Positions 35,684 to 45,350 of a stretch of DNA of 64,000 bases are shown piece after piece. This DNA is from Acidobacteriota bacterium. Lineage in GTDB: Bacteria; Acidobacteriota; Terriglobia; Terriglobales; Acidobacteriaceae. The stretch covers positions 46,791 to 110,790 of the forward strand of contig JAFDVW010000018.1 in assembly GCA_018268755.1 (NCBI GenBank), given 5' to 3'. The first letter of the stretch is position 1. Each line of letters opens with the position of its first letter. The notes beneath the pieces were generated by a model. That model did not search any database and was not told the origin of the DNA. It saw nothing but the letters and a program-made list of their open reading frames with translations. The position numbers were made by a program, and so were the translations under genes.

Positions 35684-36790
35684 CTAGAGGAGACTCTTGG
35701 TGGACTCCCGAACCGCCAGTTCGGGGGCCATCTTGCGATGCGCCGCGGTCACGGCCCGCTTCTCCAGCACCGCGTTAATTCCTTCCACCACGATCCCAGC
35801 CGCCATGGCGCCCATCGCTTCCATGGGCTGCCGTACCGTCGTCAGAGGTGGAGTATAGAGACCGGAAGCCGCCACATCGTCGAATCCGGTCACCGAGCAA
35901 TGTTCCGGAACACGGAGACCTGCCTTGGCCAGTGCACGTATGGCTCCAAACGCCGTCATATCGTCAAACGCCATTAATGCAGTAAATGGACGCTTTTGCT
36001 TGATCAAATCCTCCGTTAATTTGTAGCCCACTTCAAAACTTGAAATCGGCTCGCGGGACTCCGGAAGATCCATGATCAGCTTGGGGTCGAGTTCGAGATT
36101 GACCTCTTTGGCGAAGTTGCGGATTCCCCGCCAGCGGGGAGCGCTGTCGGAGAGGGTCTTGGGGCCGCGGATGAAGGCGATCTTGCGGTGTCCCAGGGAG
36201 TACAGGTGTTCCAGGGCCAGACGGGACCCCAGTTCATTGTCCACAATGACGGAACTCAACGAATCGGTCTCCAGCTCCGTGCCGATCATGACCGTGGGAA
36301 TGCTGCTCTTCTCCAGGTCGGCCAGCACATCGATGTCTACAAACAGCCAGTTGGCCACTACGATGAGGGCCTCAATTCTGCGGTCCAGCAGCATTTCCAG
36401 ATAGCGCTCAAAGCGGCTGCGCTCATTGTGGACATCCGTCAAAATGGGCAGGAAAGAAGCCTGATAGAGCGCGTTCTCAATTCCCCGCAGCACCAGCGTG
36501 CAGAAGGGATCGGTCATATCAAACACCATCACCCCCACGGTGTGGCTGCGTTTGCTGCGCAGAGAGCGGGCGAACAGATTGGGGCGGTAGCCCAACTTCT
36601 TGGCGGCGCGTTCAATACGCTTTTTGGTGGCGGGAGGGATATAGCGCGCCAGCGGCGCGTTGTTGAGAACAATGGAAACTGTCGTGGAGGAGAATCCGCT
36701 CTCCTTGGCTACATCGCGAATCGTGACCATGGATCCCTTAGAGCTCTCATTCATCATGCTGGCTTTAGTAAAACAAACGATCTTGTCCAC
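35684..36790 (-). CDS. LacI-family transcriptional regulator
   Basis: HTH VTIRDVAKESGFSSTTVSIVLNN followed by a periplasmic-binding-protein-like sugar-binding fold. The true start is probably one of the internal Mets (36757, 36754 or 36730). Confidence 0.85.
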   Translation of the reverse strand: MDKIVCFTKASMMNESSKGSMVTIRDVAKESGFSSTTVSIVLNNAPLARYIPPATKKRIERAAKKLGYRPNLFARSLRSKRSHTVGVMVFDMTDPFCTLVLRGIENALYQASFLPILTDVHNERSRFERYLEMLLDRRIEALIVVANWLFVDIDVLADLEKSSIPTVMIGTELETDSLSSVIVDNELGSRLALEHLYSLGHRKIAFIRGPKTLSDSAPRWRGIRNFAKEVNLELDPKLIMDLPESREPISSFEVGYKLTEDLIKQKRPFTALMAFDDMTAFGAIRALAKAGLRVPEHCSVTGFDDVAASGLYTPPLTTVRQPMEAMGAMAAGIVVEGINAVLEKRAVTAAHRKMAPELAVRESTKSLL

Positions 36791-36873
36791 GGCCAGCAGG
36801 AAATTACGATCGGCCGCGAAGCCGGCTTGAATTCGGAGCTTCGCTGGCGGACACTACAGCAGAGAATAAATCC

Positions 36874-38082
36874 GTGTCAAGCTCAGGCCGATTATCGTTC
36901 ATGGTCATGGCGGGAGTCTTGTGGGCGGCGGTGGCCCAGGGACAAACCGCTCGCCCGCTGCCGGCCGGCCCGTCCTCCGCGCATGCAGCGGACCCAGAGG
37001 CGCTGTTTCACGCCGGCGAGGCGGAGCTGCGCGCCGGAAACCTGGCCGCGGCGGAGCAGAACTTCCGCGCAGTTCTGGCACTGAATCCCCAGGTGGCCGG
37101 GGCCTATGCCAATTTGGGGGTCATCTACATGCGACGCCGGCAATGGGCCCCCGCCCTCGAGTCCTTGCAAAAAGCCGAAAAGCTCTCCCCTTCTCTGGCC
37201 GGCGTGCGCCTGAACATCGGAATCGTGCACTACCGGCAGAATGATTTTCAGGGCGCCATTGCGCCGTTTACTTCCGTGGTCCGCGACCAGCCGGACTCCT
37301 TTCAAGCGCGTTATCTGCTCGGGCTGTGCTACTTCCTCACCGAACAATACGAAAGCGCCGTATCCACGCTGGAACCGTTGTGGCCGCAAGCTTCCGGAGA
37401 ATTCAATTACCTTTACATTGTGACCATTGCCGCCGGCAAAGCCGGCCGCCACGACCTGGAACAATTGGCTCAGAACCGTCTGGTGGAAGTTGGCCAGAAC
37501 AACCCTGCCTTCCACCTCCTGATGGGCAAGGCGCACATCAATCGCGAAGAGTATGACCAGGCCATCCACGAGCTGGAACTGGCGGCCCAGGGCGATCCCA
37601 AACTTCCTTATCTGCACTTCAACCTGGGCATGGCGTATCTGAAAAAGCGCGATTTGCTCAAGGCGGAAGCGGAGTTCCAAAGAGAAATCGCCCTCGAACC
37701 CGACGTGGCCGAGAGCTACGATCAACTCGGGCTTGTCTACTACCTGCAGGACAACTACACGCAGGCGGAAAAATATCTGCGCCTGGCGCTGCGGCAAAAT
37801 CCCAAACTGGCCAGCGCCCACTACACTCTGGCCAAGAGCTATCAGCGGCAAAACCGCTATCCGGAGGCCCTGGCCGAGCTCGACGCCGCCGGAAAGTTGG
37901 CCCCCGAGAGTGGCAGCGTACACTTCGTGCGCGGGCAGGTGCTGCAGAAACTGGGACGCACCGCCGAGGCCCGCCTGGAAATGCAAAAAACCGCCGCCCT
38001 CAGGGCAGCGGAGCACGCCAAGGAAGAGCGTGACCTGGAGGCCGGCCCCGTGCCGAATCCCGAGCTCACCCACGAACCCTAG
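36874..38082 (+). CDS. secreted TPR-repeat protein
   Basis: Signal-like N-terminus (FMVMAGVLWAAVAQGQ) and about 9 TPR-like repeats (e.g. AEQNFRAVLALNPQVAGAYANLGVIY). The start (GTG 36874 or ATG 36901) is uncertain. Confidence 0.78.
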   Translation: MSSSGRLSFMVMAGVLWAAVAQGQTARPLPAGPSSAHAADPEALFHAGEAELRAGNLAAAEQNFRAVLALNPQVAGAYANLGVIYMRRRQWAPALESLQKAEKLSPSLAGVRLNIGIVHYRQNDFQGAIAPFTSVVRDQPDSFQARYLLGLCYFLTEQYESAVSTLEPLWPQASGEFNYLYIVTIAAGKAGRHDLEQLAQNRLVEVGQNNPAFHLLMGKAHINREEYDQAIHELELAAQGDPKLPYLHFNLGMAYLKKRDLLKAEAEFQREIALEPDVAESYDQLGLVYYLQDNYTQAEKYLRLALRQNPKLASAHYTLAKSYQRQNRYPEALAELDAAGKLAPESGSVHFVRGQVLQKLGRTAEARLEMQKTAALRAAEHAKEERDLEAGPVPNPELTHEP

Positions 38083-38182
38083 CCGGCGGGCTTTCTGCTA
38101 AACTGAACTCCTTTCGGTCGCCTTGTCTTGCCCTCGCGACCGCAAACCGTGAGGCTGTGCCGGTAAAGAAAGAAGGTCTGCC

Positions 38183-39811
38183 ATGCGCGCGCTGAAAATC
38201 ATTGCCATCGTCATTGCCATTCTCCTGGTCGTCGTCATTGCCCTGCCCTTCTTCATCAACGTGAACACCTTCCGGCCCACGCTGGAATCGAATCTGTCGA
38301 CCACCCTCGGGCGCGAGGTAAAAGTGGGCAATCTGGGTCTGTCGATCCTCGCGGGCAGCGTCTCCGCCGAGACTATCTCGATCGCCGACGATCCCGCGTT
38401 CAGCAAAGAGCCCTTCGTCAAGGCCAAGTCGCTCCAGGTAGGGGTGGAATTGATGCCTTTAATTTTCAGCAAGAGCCTGCACGTCACCGAAATCACGCTC
38501 GACCATCCGGAGATCACGCTGCTGAGCACGCCCGCGGGAAAGTGGAATTACTCCAGTCTGGGCAGCAAGAGCGCGAGCACGCCGGCGAGCCCGTCGGCCA
38601 CGCCCGAAATCTCGGTCCGCAAACTTTCCGTAAAAGATGGCACGGTCACGGTGGGGAGCGCGAATGCGCCCGGCAAGAGCAAGACTTACTCCAACGTCAA
38701 TGTCACGGTCAGCAATCTTTCGCTGACTTCACAGTTCCCCTTTACAGTGAGCGCCGATTTGCCGGGCGGAGGCAGTTTGAGCCTGGATGGCCAAGCCGGA
38801 CCGGTGGACCAGACAGACACCTCGCAAACTCCGCTGCAAGCCAAAATTGGCGTCAAGAAGCTCAACCTGGCAGCATCGGGATTTGTCGATCCCGCCTCGG
38901 GCATTGCCGGCATCGCCGACTTCGATGGCACACTGAAATCCGATGGGCGCCAGTTGAACAGCGATGGGACCATCCATGCGGAGCAGCTCAAGCTGTCGCC
39001 CAAAGGTCAAGCCACCAGCAAGCCTGTAGAAGTGAAGTATGCAATCACCCATGACCTGCAAAAACAGGCGGGGCAAATTTCCCGCGGCGATATCAGCCTG
39101 GGCAAAGCTCTGGCCCAATTGACCGGACGTTACCAGATCCAAGGCGAAACCACGAACCTGAATATGAAGTTGAACGGGCAGTCCATGCCGGTCGACGAAC
39201 TGGAGGCCATGCTGCCCGCTTTGGGTGTGGTGCTGCCCTCGGGATCTTCGCTCAAAGGCGGCACTCTGAGCACGGCGTTGGCCATTACCGGCACCTCCGC
39301 CAATACCATCATCACCGGCCCTATCAAGCTGGCGGACACCAAATTGGCCGGATTTAATCTGGGCTCGAAGCTTTCCGCCATCTCCGCCCTCACGGGCGCG
39401 AATACCGGCGGCGCCGACACCGCCGTGCAGAACTTCAGCACCGATGCCCGGGTCAGTCCCAGCGGCATTGATACCCAGAACGTCAACCTCACCATCCCCA
39501 CGCTGGGCGTGCTGACCGGCAGCGGAACCGTCAGTCCCAGCGGCGCGCTGGATTACAAAATGACCGCCAGCATTTCCGGAAGCGCGGTCACCGGCCTGAC
39601 CCAACTGGCCGGACTGGGCAACAAGGGGGGCAGCATTCCTTTCTTCATTCGCGGAACCACCTCCAATCCCAGCTTTGTCCCCGATGTCAAAGGCATGCTG
39701 GGTAATCAATTGAAACTGGGGATCCCAGGCGCAGGCCAGAGCGGGCAGAGTCCCAAAGATAAGGTCATCGACACATTCAAGGGCCTGTTCGGGCGGAAGA
39801 AAAAGCAATAA
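38183..39811 (+). CDS. AsmA-family protein
   Basis: N-terminal anchor MRALKIIAIVIAILLVVVIALPFFINVNTFRP and the following block (LGREVKVGNLGLSILAGSVSAE...KAKSLQVGVELMPLIF) are typical of AsmA N-terminal domains. The rest is long, Gly/Ser/Thr-rich and beta-type. Confidence 0.78.
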   Translation: MRALKIIAIVIAILLVVVIALPFFINVNTFRPTLESNLSTTLGREVKVGNLGLSILAGSVSAETISIADDPAFSKEPFVKAKSLQVGVELMPLIFSKSLHVTEITLDHPEITLLSTPAGKWNYSSLGSKSASTPASPSATPEISVRKLSVKDGTVTVGSANAPGKSKTYSNVNVTVSNLSLTSQFPFTVSADLPGGGSLSLDGQAGPVDQTDTSQTPLQAKIGVKKLNLAASGFVDPASGIAGIADFDGTLKSDGRQLNSDGTIHAEQLKLSPKGQATSKPVEVKYAITHDLQKQAGQISRGDISLGKALAQLTGRYQIQGETTNLNMKLNGQSMPVDELEAMLPALGVVLPSGSSLKGGTLSTALAITGTSANTIITGPIKLADTKLAGFNLGSKLSAISALTGANTGGADTAVQNFSTDARVSPSGIDTQNVNLTIPTLGVLTGSGTVSPSGALDYKMTASISGSAVTGLTQLAGLGNKGGSIPFFIRGTTSNPSFVPDVKGMLGNQLKLGIPGAGQSGQSPKDKVIDTFKGLFGRKKKQ

Positions 39812-39869
39812 GGGTCTCGCGTGGGGACCAACCAGGCCTGCCCCAGTGACCTCCAAAACGAGAGTTAGA

Positions 39870-39881
39870 GAAAACGTTTAT
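39870..39881. promoter_or_regulatory. candidate LacI-type operator GAAAACGTTTAT
   Basis: Two mismatches to the perfect palindrome GTAAACGTTTAC found at 46422. Intergenic, upstream of the TonB-receptor gene at 40097. Confidence 0.4.
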
Positions 39882-40063
39882 CAGGCCGTGCGCCGCACCT
39901 CCCAGGGGCTCCTCGCATTTCTTTGCACTCCCCCGGCGGGCCTGGTTTTTAACCTTTTCTATCAATATTTTAGATTCCTCCCATCAAAATTCTGCTTGAC
40001 AATAAAATTGCCTCCTGAGTACCCTCTCTGGCGACATTGGAATTGCGTATTTGGAGCTTTAAA

Positions 40064-40075
40064 GTAAACGTTTTC
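40064..40075. promoter_or_regulatory. candidate LacI-type operator GTAAACGTTTTC
   Basis: One mismatch to GTAAACGTTTAC. Ends about 21 nt upstream of the receptor start codon (just before the AGGAGGGG SD), downstream of a TTGACA-N18-TACCCT promoter-like pair at 39996-40025. Confidence 0.5.
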
Positions 40076-40096
40076 AGAACCACTTCAGGAGGGGCA

Positions 40097-43000
40097 ATGC
40101 GCCACGTTGCGTGCTTGGGGATGTTGGCTGTTCTTCTCTTCTCTTCTTCTCTTTTTTGGGCCCAATCCAATCGCGCCACCATCACCGGCACCGTGAGCGA
40201 CGTGAGCGGAGCTGTCATCAACGATGTGGATATCAGCGCCACCAATAAAGACACCGGAGTAGTCACCCGGGCCCGCTCGAATGATGCCGGACTTTACTCC
40301 GTTTTGAATCTGCCTGCCGGCAGCTATACGCTCCGGCTCAGTAAAGATGGTTTCAAGCCACTGGAGTTTCCCAGCATTTCTCTAAGTGTGGCGCAGGTGG
40401 CACAGATCAATGCCACGCTGCCCGTGGGTGCTACGACTGAGGTAGTGACCGTCACCGAAAATGCTCCGGTCATTGACCGCGAGACCTCTACCGTGGGCAC
40501 CAACATGAAGGGCAATGTCGTCACCGATCTGCCGCTGAATATCTATGGTGGTCGCACGGTGGAACAGTTCGCCGTGGCAATCACTCCCGGCTATTCCCCG
40601 ATTAGCAGCCCCTATCAGGCTGTCGTCAATGGCACGCAGGGCTTCACCAAAGACTTCACCGTCGATGGCACATCCGGCACGGCGCAGATCCAGGGCGACT
40701 CCATGGAAATTGGCCCCAGCATGGAAGCCGTCGAAGAAATGCAGGCCCAGACCAGCGGCCTAGGCGCCAAAAACGCCAGCACCAACGGCGGCGTCATGAT
40801 GTTTAACCTGAAATCCGGCACGAACACATTTCACGGCACAGCCTTCGGATATGGTCATAACGAACTTCTCGATGCCAACACCTGGGACAATGGAAATACG
40901 CCTGATCCCAATGTTCCCGGGAGTACGCACACGCGAAAAGCCAAGGCACGGTTTTGGGACTACGGATTCAGCGCGGGCGGCCCTGTTTTCAAAAACAAGA
41001 CCTTCATTTTCGGGGCTTTCGAGCGCTTCCAACAGCGCGACTTTACCTTACAGAGTTTTGGCAACGCCGCCACTGTGCCTACCCAGGATTTTTTGAACGG
41101 AGATTTTAGCGCTCTGCTCGATACCAACACCGTCCTCGGCACGGACGTGCATGGAAACAACATTTACAAGGGCGCAATCTTTAATCCCAATGATCCCGGT
41201 GCGGTTTTTATCGGCAATGTGATCGATCCCAATGTGACCCCGTTCAGCGCCGTATCGCAGAAAATTGTTGCTATCTACCAGCAACGTTACAACCCCGAAC
41301 GAGACACCATCAAACAGAATAACCGGCTGCCAAACAGCAACTCCCCCGTGCAAACCCCCAATCAAGCCGTGATCAAAATTGATCACAACCTGCGCGACAA
41401 CGATCGTCTGAGCGGCTCCTGGGTTTACAACCATCGTCCCCGGACCCTGGTCGATTCCGGCGGTGTCTGGTCCCCGGGAAGCGAGGATGGCGGCCCGCTG
41501 GCGGACGCGCGGTATCAGTTGGTGCGTTCTCATCAATTCCGCGCCAGTGAGTCGCACACCTTCTCTCCCAATGTGCTCAATGTGTTTAACGCGACCTACA
41601 ACTGGTATTGGAATGGGTCAACGCCGTTAAGTGAGACCAATTGGCCGCAAGAATTAGGCTTTGGCGACACCGGCGCCAATAATTTCCCCAACATCAGCTT
41701 CGGCGGCTCGATCAACGACGTCGGCACCACAGGCATTGGAAACGGTTGGCAGGGACACTATAACGGAGCAACATTGATCCTGGGAGACACCCTGACCTGG
41801 ATTCGCGGACGCCATAGCTTCAGCTTCGGGGGCGATTTCCGCGCCATGCAGATCAATAGCGCTACCGGATCCGGAGCCCTCGGCTTTACCTTCTCTCCGA
41901 CTACCACTGGGGCTCCCAGCACCGGCTATGCCAACCAGGTCGGATTCGGCTTCGCCAGTTTCCTGTTGGGCAATGTGCAATCGGCTTCGGCCAGCACCCC
42001 GCTCAACCTTCACGGCCGTCGCAAGGCCATGTCGCTGTATGCGCAGGATGATTTTAAGGTCAGCAGCAAATTGACCCTGAACCTTGGCCTGCGTTGGGAT
42101 GCAACCTTCCGTCTACATGAGAAAGATGGCCGCTGGGCCAACTTTAATATGGAAATGATCGACCCCAATCTGGGCATCAAAGGGGCCGTCGAATACGCCA
42201 AGAATGGCAGCGACAGTTTCGAGCGTGATCAGGACTGGACTAATTTCGGCCCGCAAGTGGGCTTTGCTTACAACCCCTGGTCGAAGGTAGTATTTCGCGG
42301 CGCTTACGGAATCACCTATGTTCCGATCGGCACGCAATACTGGGCAGGCACTCCCTACTCTTTCGCACCGGGATTCCGGGGCACCAATGCCACCACGTCT
42401 CCTTTCAATTGGGACGGCGGATATCCTGGAGTGTTTGAACCGGGCACCAAGAGTACAACCGCTCCTTATACGCAATTCCCGGTCGTGAGCGTGGATCCCC
42501 GCAGTTTATTCGCCGGCTATACCCACAATTTCAATTTTGGCGCGCAGTACGAAATCAACCGCAACACAAAGATTGAAATCGGTTATGTCGGTAATCGAGG
42601 GCACCGCTTACAGGACTCCTCGCTGTATGCCAATCAGCCCAGCGCCAGCAGCTTTTTCAACCTGGTGAATTCGGGGCACTTCTATGACTGGGTGTATGAC
42701 CAATCCTCGGCGGACGCGGCGGGTGTGCCCTATCCCTACGAAGGCTTCAGCAATTATGCTTTTATTGCTAATGCTCCTTATCCGCAATTGGCCGATCCGG
42801 CCACCCAGTATTTCTATTATCCAAACTTTTACGTAGTGGGTCTGGGGAAGGGCCAGTCGAGCTACAACTCGCTGATTCTGGAAGTAGCCAAGCGCACGGG
42901 AAACGGCTTGTCGCTGGATTTCAACTACACGCTGTCCCGGCAAGCTGGCGACACCTTTACCAACTTCGGGGAAAGCTGGAGCACAGGCGGGATCCAGGAC

Positions 43001-43615
43001 TATGGCAATCTGAAAGAAGCCGTGCGTACCCTGTCTCCCTATGACCAAAAACATGTCTTCAAAGGGTATGCGGTGTATGACCTACCGCTCGGTCGCGGTC
43101 ACCGCGTCTTGGGAAATGCCGGTCGCGTCCTGAATGCCGTAGTCAGCGGCTGGTCGGTCAGCACACTTTTGCTATACACCTCTGGAGCTCCACTCTCCTT
43201 CTACTCCAGTAATTACTACTGGTATCCCGCCTGGCAGGCGACGTACGTGGACTACGACCTGTCGGGTTACTCAGGACGTACCTTCGACCCCGGCAAGTTC
43301 CCTACGGAAAACCGGTACTTCCCTACCAGCGTGGCCAGCAACCCAGACCCCGGGCAACTGGGCACGGGCCCAGCGCGTATCGACCAATTGCGTGGATTCG
43401 GAACTGCCAGTGAAGATGCCGGCCTGATGAAACGATTCGCCATGGGAAAAGATGCCAGGTACCAGCTCTCCTTACGCCTGGAGTTCTACAACATCTTCAA
43501 TCGTCACGGATTTGCCAACCCGGTCACCGATTTGACCAGCGCGGATTTCGGTGTTGTCACCGGAGTCAGCGGGACGCCGCGCAACGGTCAGTTCGGCGCG
43601 CGGTTCCAGTGGTAA
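40097..43615 (+). CDS. TonB-dependent receptor with N-terminal carboxypeptidase-regulatory-like domain
   Basis: ATG at 40097 is preceded by AGGAGGGG. Signal MRHVACLGMLAVLLFSSSLFWAQ. ATITGTVSDVSGAVINDVDISA...GLYSVLNLPAGSYTL. The barrel ends in GARFQW. Paralogous in architecture to 31972-35481. Confidence 0.9.
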   Translation: MRHVACLGMLAVLLFSSSLFWAQSNRATITGTVSDVSGAVINDVDISATNKDTGVVTRARSNDAGLYSVLNLPAGSYTLRLSKDGFKPLEFPSISLSVAQVAQINATLPVGATTEVVTVTENAPVIDRETSTVGTNMKGNVVTDLPLNIYGGRTVEQFAVAITPGYSPISSPYQAVVNGTQGFTKDFTVDGTSGTAQIQGDSMEIGPSMEAVEEMQAQTSGLGAKNASTNGGVMMFNLKSGTNTFHGTAFGYGHNELLDANTWDNGNTPDPNVPGSTHTRKAKARFWDYGFSAGGPVFKNKTFIFGAFERFQQRDFTLQSFGNAATVPTQDFLNGDFSALLDTNTVLGTDVHGNNIYKGAIFNPNDPGAVFIGNVIDPNVTPFSAVSQKIVAIYQQRYNPERDTIKQNNRLPNSNSPVQTPNQAVIKIDHNLRDNDRLSGSWVYNHRPRTLVDSGGVWSPGSEDGGPLADARYQLVRSHQFRASESHTFSPNVLNVFNATYNWYWNGSTPLSETNWPQELGFGDTGANNFPNISFGGSINDVGTTGIGNGWQGHYNGATLILGDTLTWIRGRHSFSFGGDFRAMQINSATGSGALGFTFSPTTTGAPSTGYANQVGFGFASFLLGNVQSASASTPLNLHGRRKAMSLYAQDDFKVSSKLTLNLGLRWDATFRLHEKDGRWANFNMEMIDPNLGIKGAVEYAKNGSDSFERDQDWTNFGPQVGFAYNPWSKVVFRGAYGITYVPIGTQYWAGTPYSFAPGFRGTNATTSPFNWDGGYPGVFEPGTKSTTAPYTQFPVVSVDPRSLFAGYTHNFNFGAQYEINRNTKIEIGYVGNRGHRLQDSSLYANQPSASSFFNLVNSGHFYDWVYDQSSADAAGVPYPYEGFSNYAFIANAPYPQLADPATQYFYYPNFYVVGLGKGQSSYNSLILEVAKRTGNGLSLDFNYTLSRQAGDTFTNFGESWSTGGIQDYGNLKEAVRTLSPYDQKHVFKGYAVYDLPLGRGHRVLGNAGRVLNAVVSGWSVSTLLLYTSGAPLSFYSSNYYWYPAWQATYVDYDLSGYSGRTFDPGKFPTENRYFPTSVASNPDPGQLGTGPARIDQLRGFGTASEDAGLMKRFAMGKDARYQLSLRLEFYNIFNRHGFANPVTDLTSADFGVVTGVSGTPRNGQFGARFQW

Positions 43616-43630
43616 GGTAAGCCTCGCGAT

Positions 43631-43680
43631 TCCCGGACGCCCAGGATTTCCTGGACGTCCGGGAAATCCTGGTTCTTTCC
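43631..43680 (+). terminator. terminator region with two overlapping alternative hairpins
   Basis: The first hairpin pairs TCCCGGACG with CGTCCGGGA (43631-43664). The second pairs CCAGGATTTCC with GGAAATCCTGG (43641-43672) and is followed by TTCTTTCC. Located 16 nt after the receptor stop. Confidence 0.45.
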
Positions 43681-43706
43681 GCCTTTGCCGGCGAATATTT
43701 TGAGAG

Positions 43707-45299
43707 GTGGTCGTGTCTATACCTCGGCTTTATTTCTATCTCTTCGTAGTTGGGCTCGTAGTCAGCGGTTCTGTTAGCAGCGCCTGGGCCAGCGGACGCA
43801 CCGGCAAGAGCACTACCTATTATGTGGATTCCGCCGCCGGCAAAGACAGCAACTCCGGCGCCTCGGCCAAAAAAGCCTGGAAGTCACTCGACAAAATCAA
43901 CGCCACCACGTTCGCGCCCGGAGACAGCATCCTGCTGAAATCCGGGGCCAAGTGGACCGGCCAGCTCTGGCCCAAGGGTTCGGGCTCGGCAGAGCGACCG
44001 ATCCGCGTGGGCAAATTCGGAGGCGACGCGAAACCGTTGATTCAGGGCAACGGCGAAGTAGAAGATGCCGTCCTGCTGAAGAACCAGGAATACTGGGAGA
44101 TCCAGGATCTCGAGATCAGCAACCATGGCGCGAAACCGGCGCTTCGCCGTGGCGTGCATGTGGCGGTCGAAAATTACGGTGAGGCCCACCATATTTACCT
44201 GCGCAACCTCAGCGTGCATGACGTCAACGGCATTGATGATGACAAGGTGAATGGCGGCATCCACTACACCTGTGAGGGAGATACCAAGCCCAGCCGCTTT
44301 GTCGATCTGCGCATCGAAGACAACCAGATTACCCGCGTCGACCGCAGTGGCATCTTTGGCTGGTCTTCGCATTGGGTGCGCTCCAAGTGGTATCCCAGCC
44401 TAGGCGTCATCATTCGCGGCAATGTGCTCGAGGACATTGGCGGCGACGGCATCGTGGTGGTCGCCACCGACGGCGCGCTGCTCGAACACAATATTGTTGG
44501 TCACGCCAACCAGCGCTCTGAAGGCTATAACGTGGCCATCTGGCCGTGGAGCGCCGACAACACTATCGTGCAATACAACGAAGCCTACGGAACCAAAGGC
44601 CAGCGCGACGGCGAAGGCTTCGATTCCGATTGGAACAGCCGTAACACCCTCATCCAATACAATTACAGCCATGAAAACGACGGCGGTTTTCTGCTGATCT
44701 GCGACGAAGGCGGACACTCGGCCGGGGAAAGCATCGGCAACCTGGGCACCGTGGTGCGCTACAACATCAGTGTCAACGACCATCACCGCGGCATTACCAT
44801 CGCCGGCCCCATCGACGACGCCCTCATCTACAACAACACCATTTATGTCGGGAAAGAGGAGAAGGTCAGCCTGCTGCTGCACACCGACTGGAATGGTTGG
44901 GGAAAACAGGCCCGCCTCTACAACAACATCTTTTATGTGGAGGGCTCCGCCAGTTTTGCCTATGGAGAGTCCCGCAAGCCGGACGGAGAATATGTGCTGA
45001 CGCCTGGGTTTGGCCAGAGCCGAAACAACATCTTTGATTCCAACATTTACTATGGAAACGTGGCGCCGGTGCAGGAAGACGCCCACGCCCTCACCAGCGA
45101 TCCGCTTCTGGCCGGTCCCGGCAAGGCGCCGCGGGGCCGGGAGCATTTGCAGGGCTATACCTTGGGCGCGCAGTCTCCGGCTGTGGATACCGGCAAGGCA
45201 GTGCCCGACGCCGGGCCCGAAGACTTTTTTGGCAACAAGATTCCCGCCTGCAAACAGTTGGACCGCGGTGCAGCGGAATTTTCCGGCTGCGCGCCGTAG
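43707..45299 (+). CDS. secreted right-handed parallel beta-helix repeat protein (pectate-lyase-fold, function unknown)
   Basis: GTG start and signal-like LYFYLFVVGLVVSGSVSSAWA. N-terminal TYYVDSAAGKDSNSG...PGDSILLKSG and repeated short G-x-x-I/V-x-N beta-helix coils (NVLEDIGGDGIVV, NIVGHAN, ISVNDHHRGITI). Confidence 0.75.
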   Translation: MVVSIPRLYFYLFVVGLVVSGSVSSAWASGRTGKSTTYYVDSAAGKDSNSGASAKKAWKSLDKINATTFAPGDSILLKSGAKWTGQLWPKGSGSAERPIRVGKFGGDAKPLIQGNGEVEDAVLLKNQEYWEIQDLEISNHGAKPALRRGVHVAVENYGEAHHIYLRNLSVHDVNGIDDDKVNGGIHYTCEGDTKPSRFVDLRIEDNQITRVDRSGIFGWSSHWVRSKWYPSLGVIIRGNVLEDIGGDGIVVVATDGALLEHNIVGHANQRSEGYNVAIWPWSADNTIVQYNEAYGTKGQRDGEGFDSDWNSRNTLIQYNYSHENDGGFLLICDEGGHSAGESIGNLGTVVRYNISVNDHHRGITIAGPIDDALIYNNTIYVGKEEKVSLLLHTDWNGWGKQARLYNNIFYVEGSASFAYGESRKPDGEYVLTPGFGQSRNNIFDSNIYYGNVAPVQEDAHALTSDPLLAGPGKAPRGREHLQGYTLGAQSPAVDTGKAVPDAGPEDFFGNKIPACKQLDRGAAEFSGCAP

Positions 45300-45350
45300 A
45301 ATACCTCCGCGGGCCATTGCCCTATGCTGGCGCAGTATTGCGGTCCTCCT

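Noticed and set aside
39846-40067. 73-aa plus-strand ORF in the intergenic region before the second TonB receptor
   Set aside because: It has no SD and a low-complexity sequence. It spans the promoter/operator region, and the stretch is better explained as regulatory DNA.
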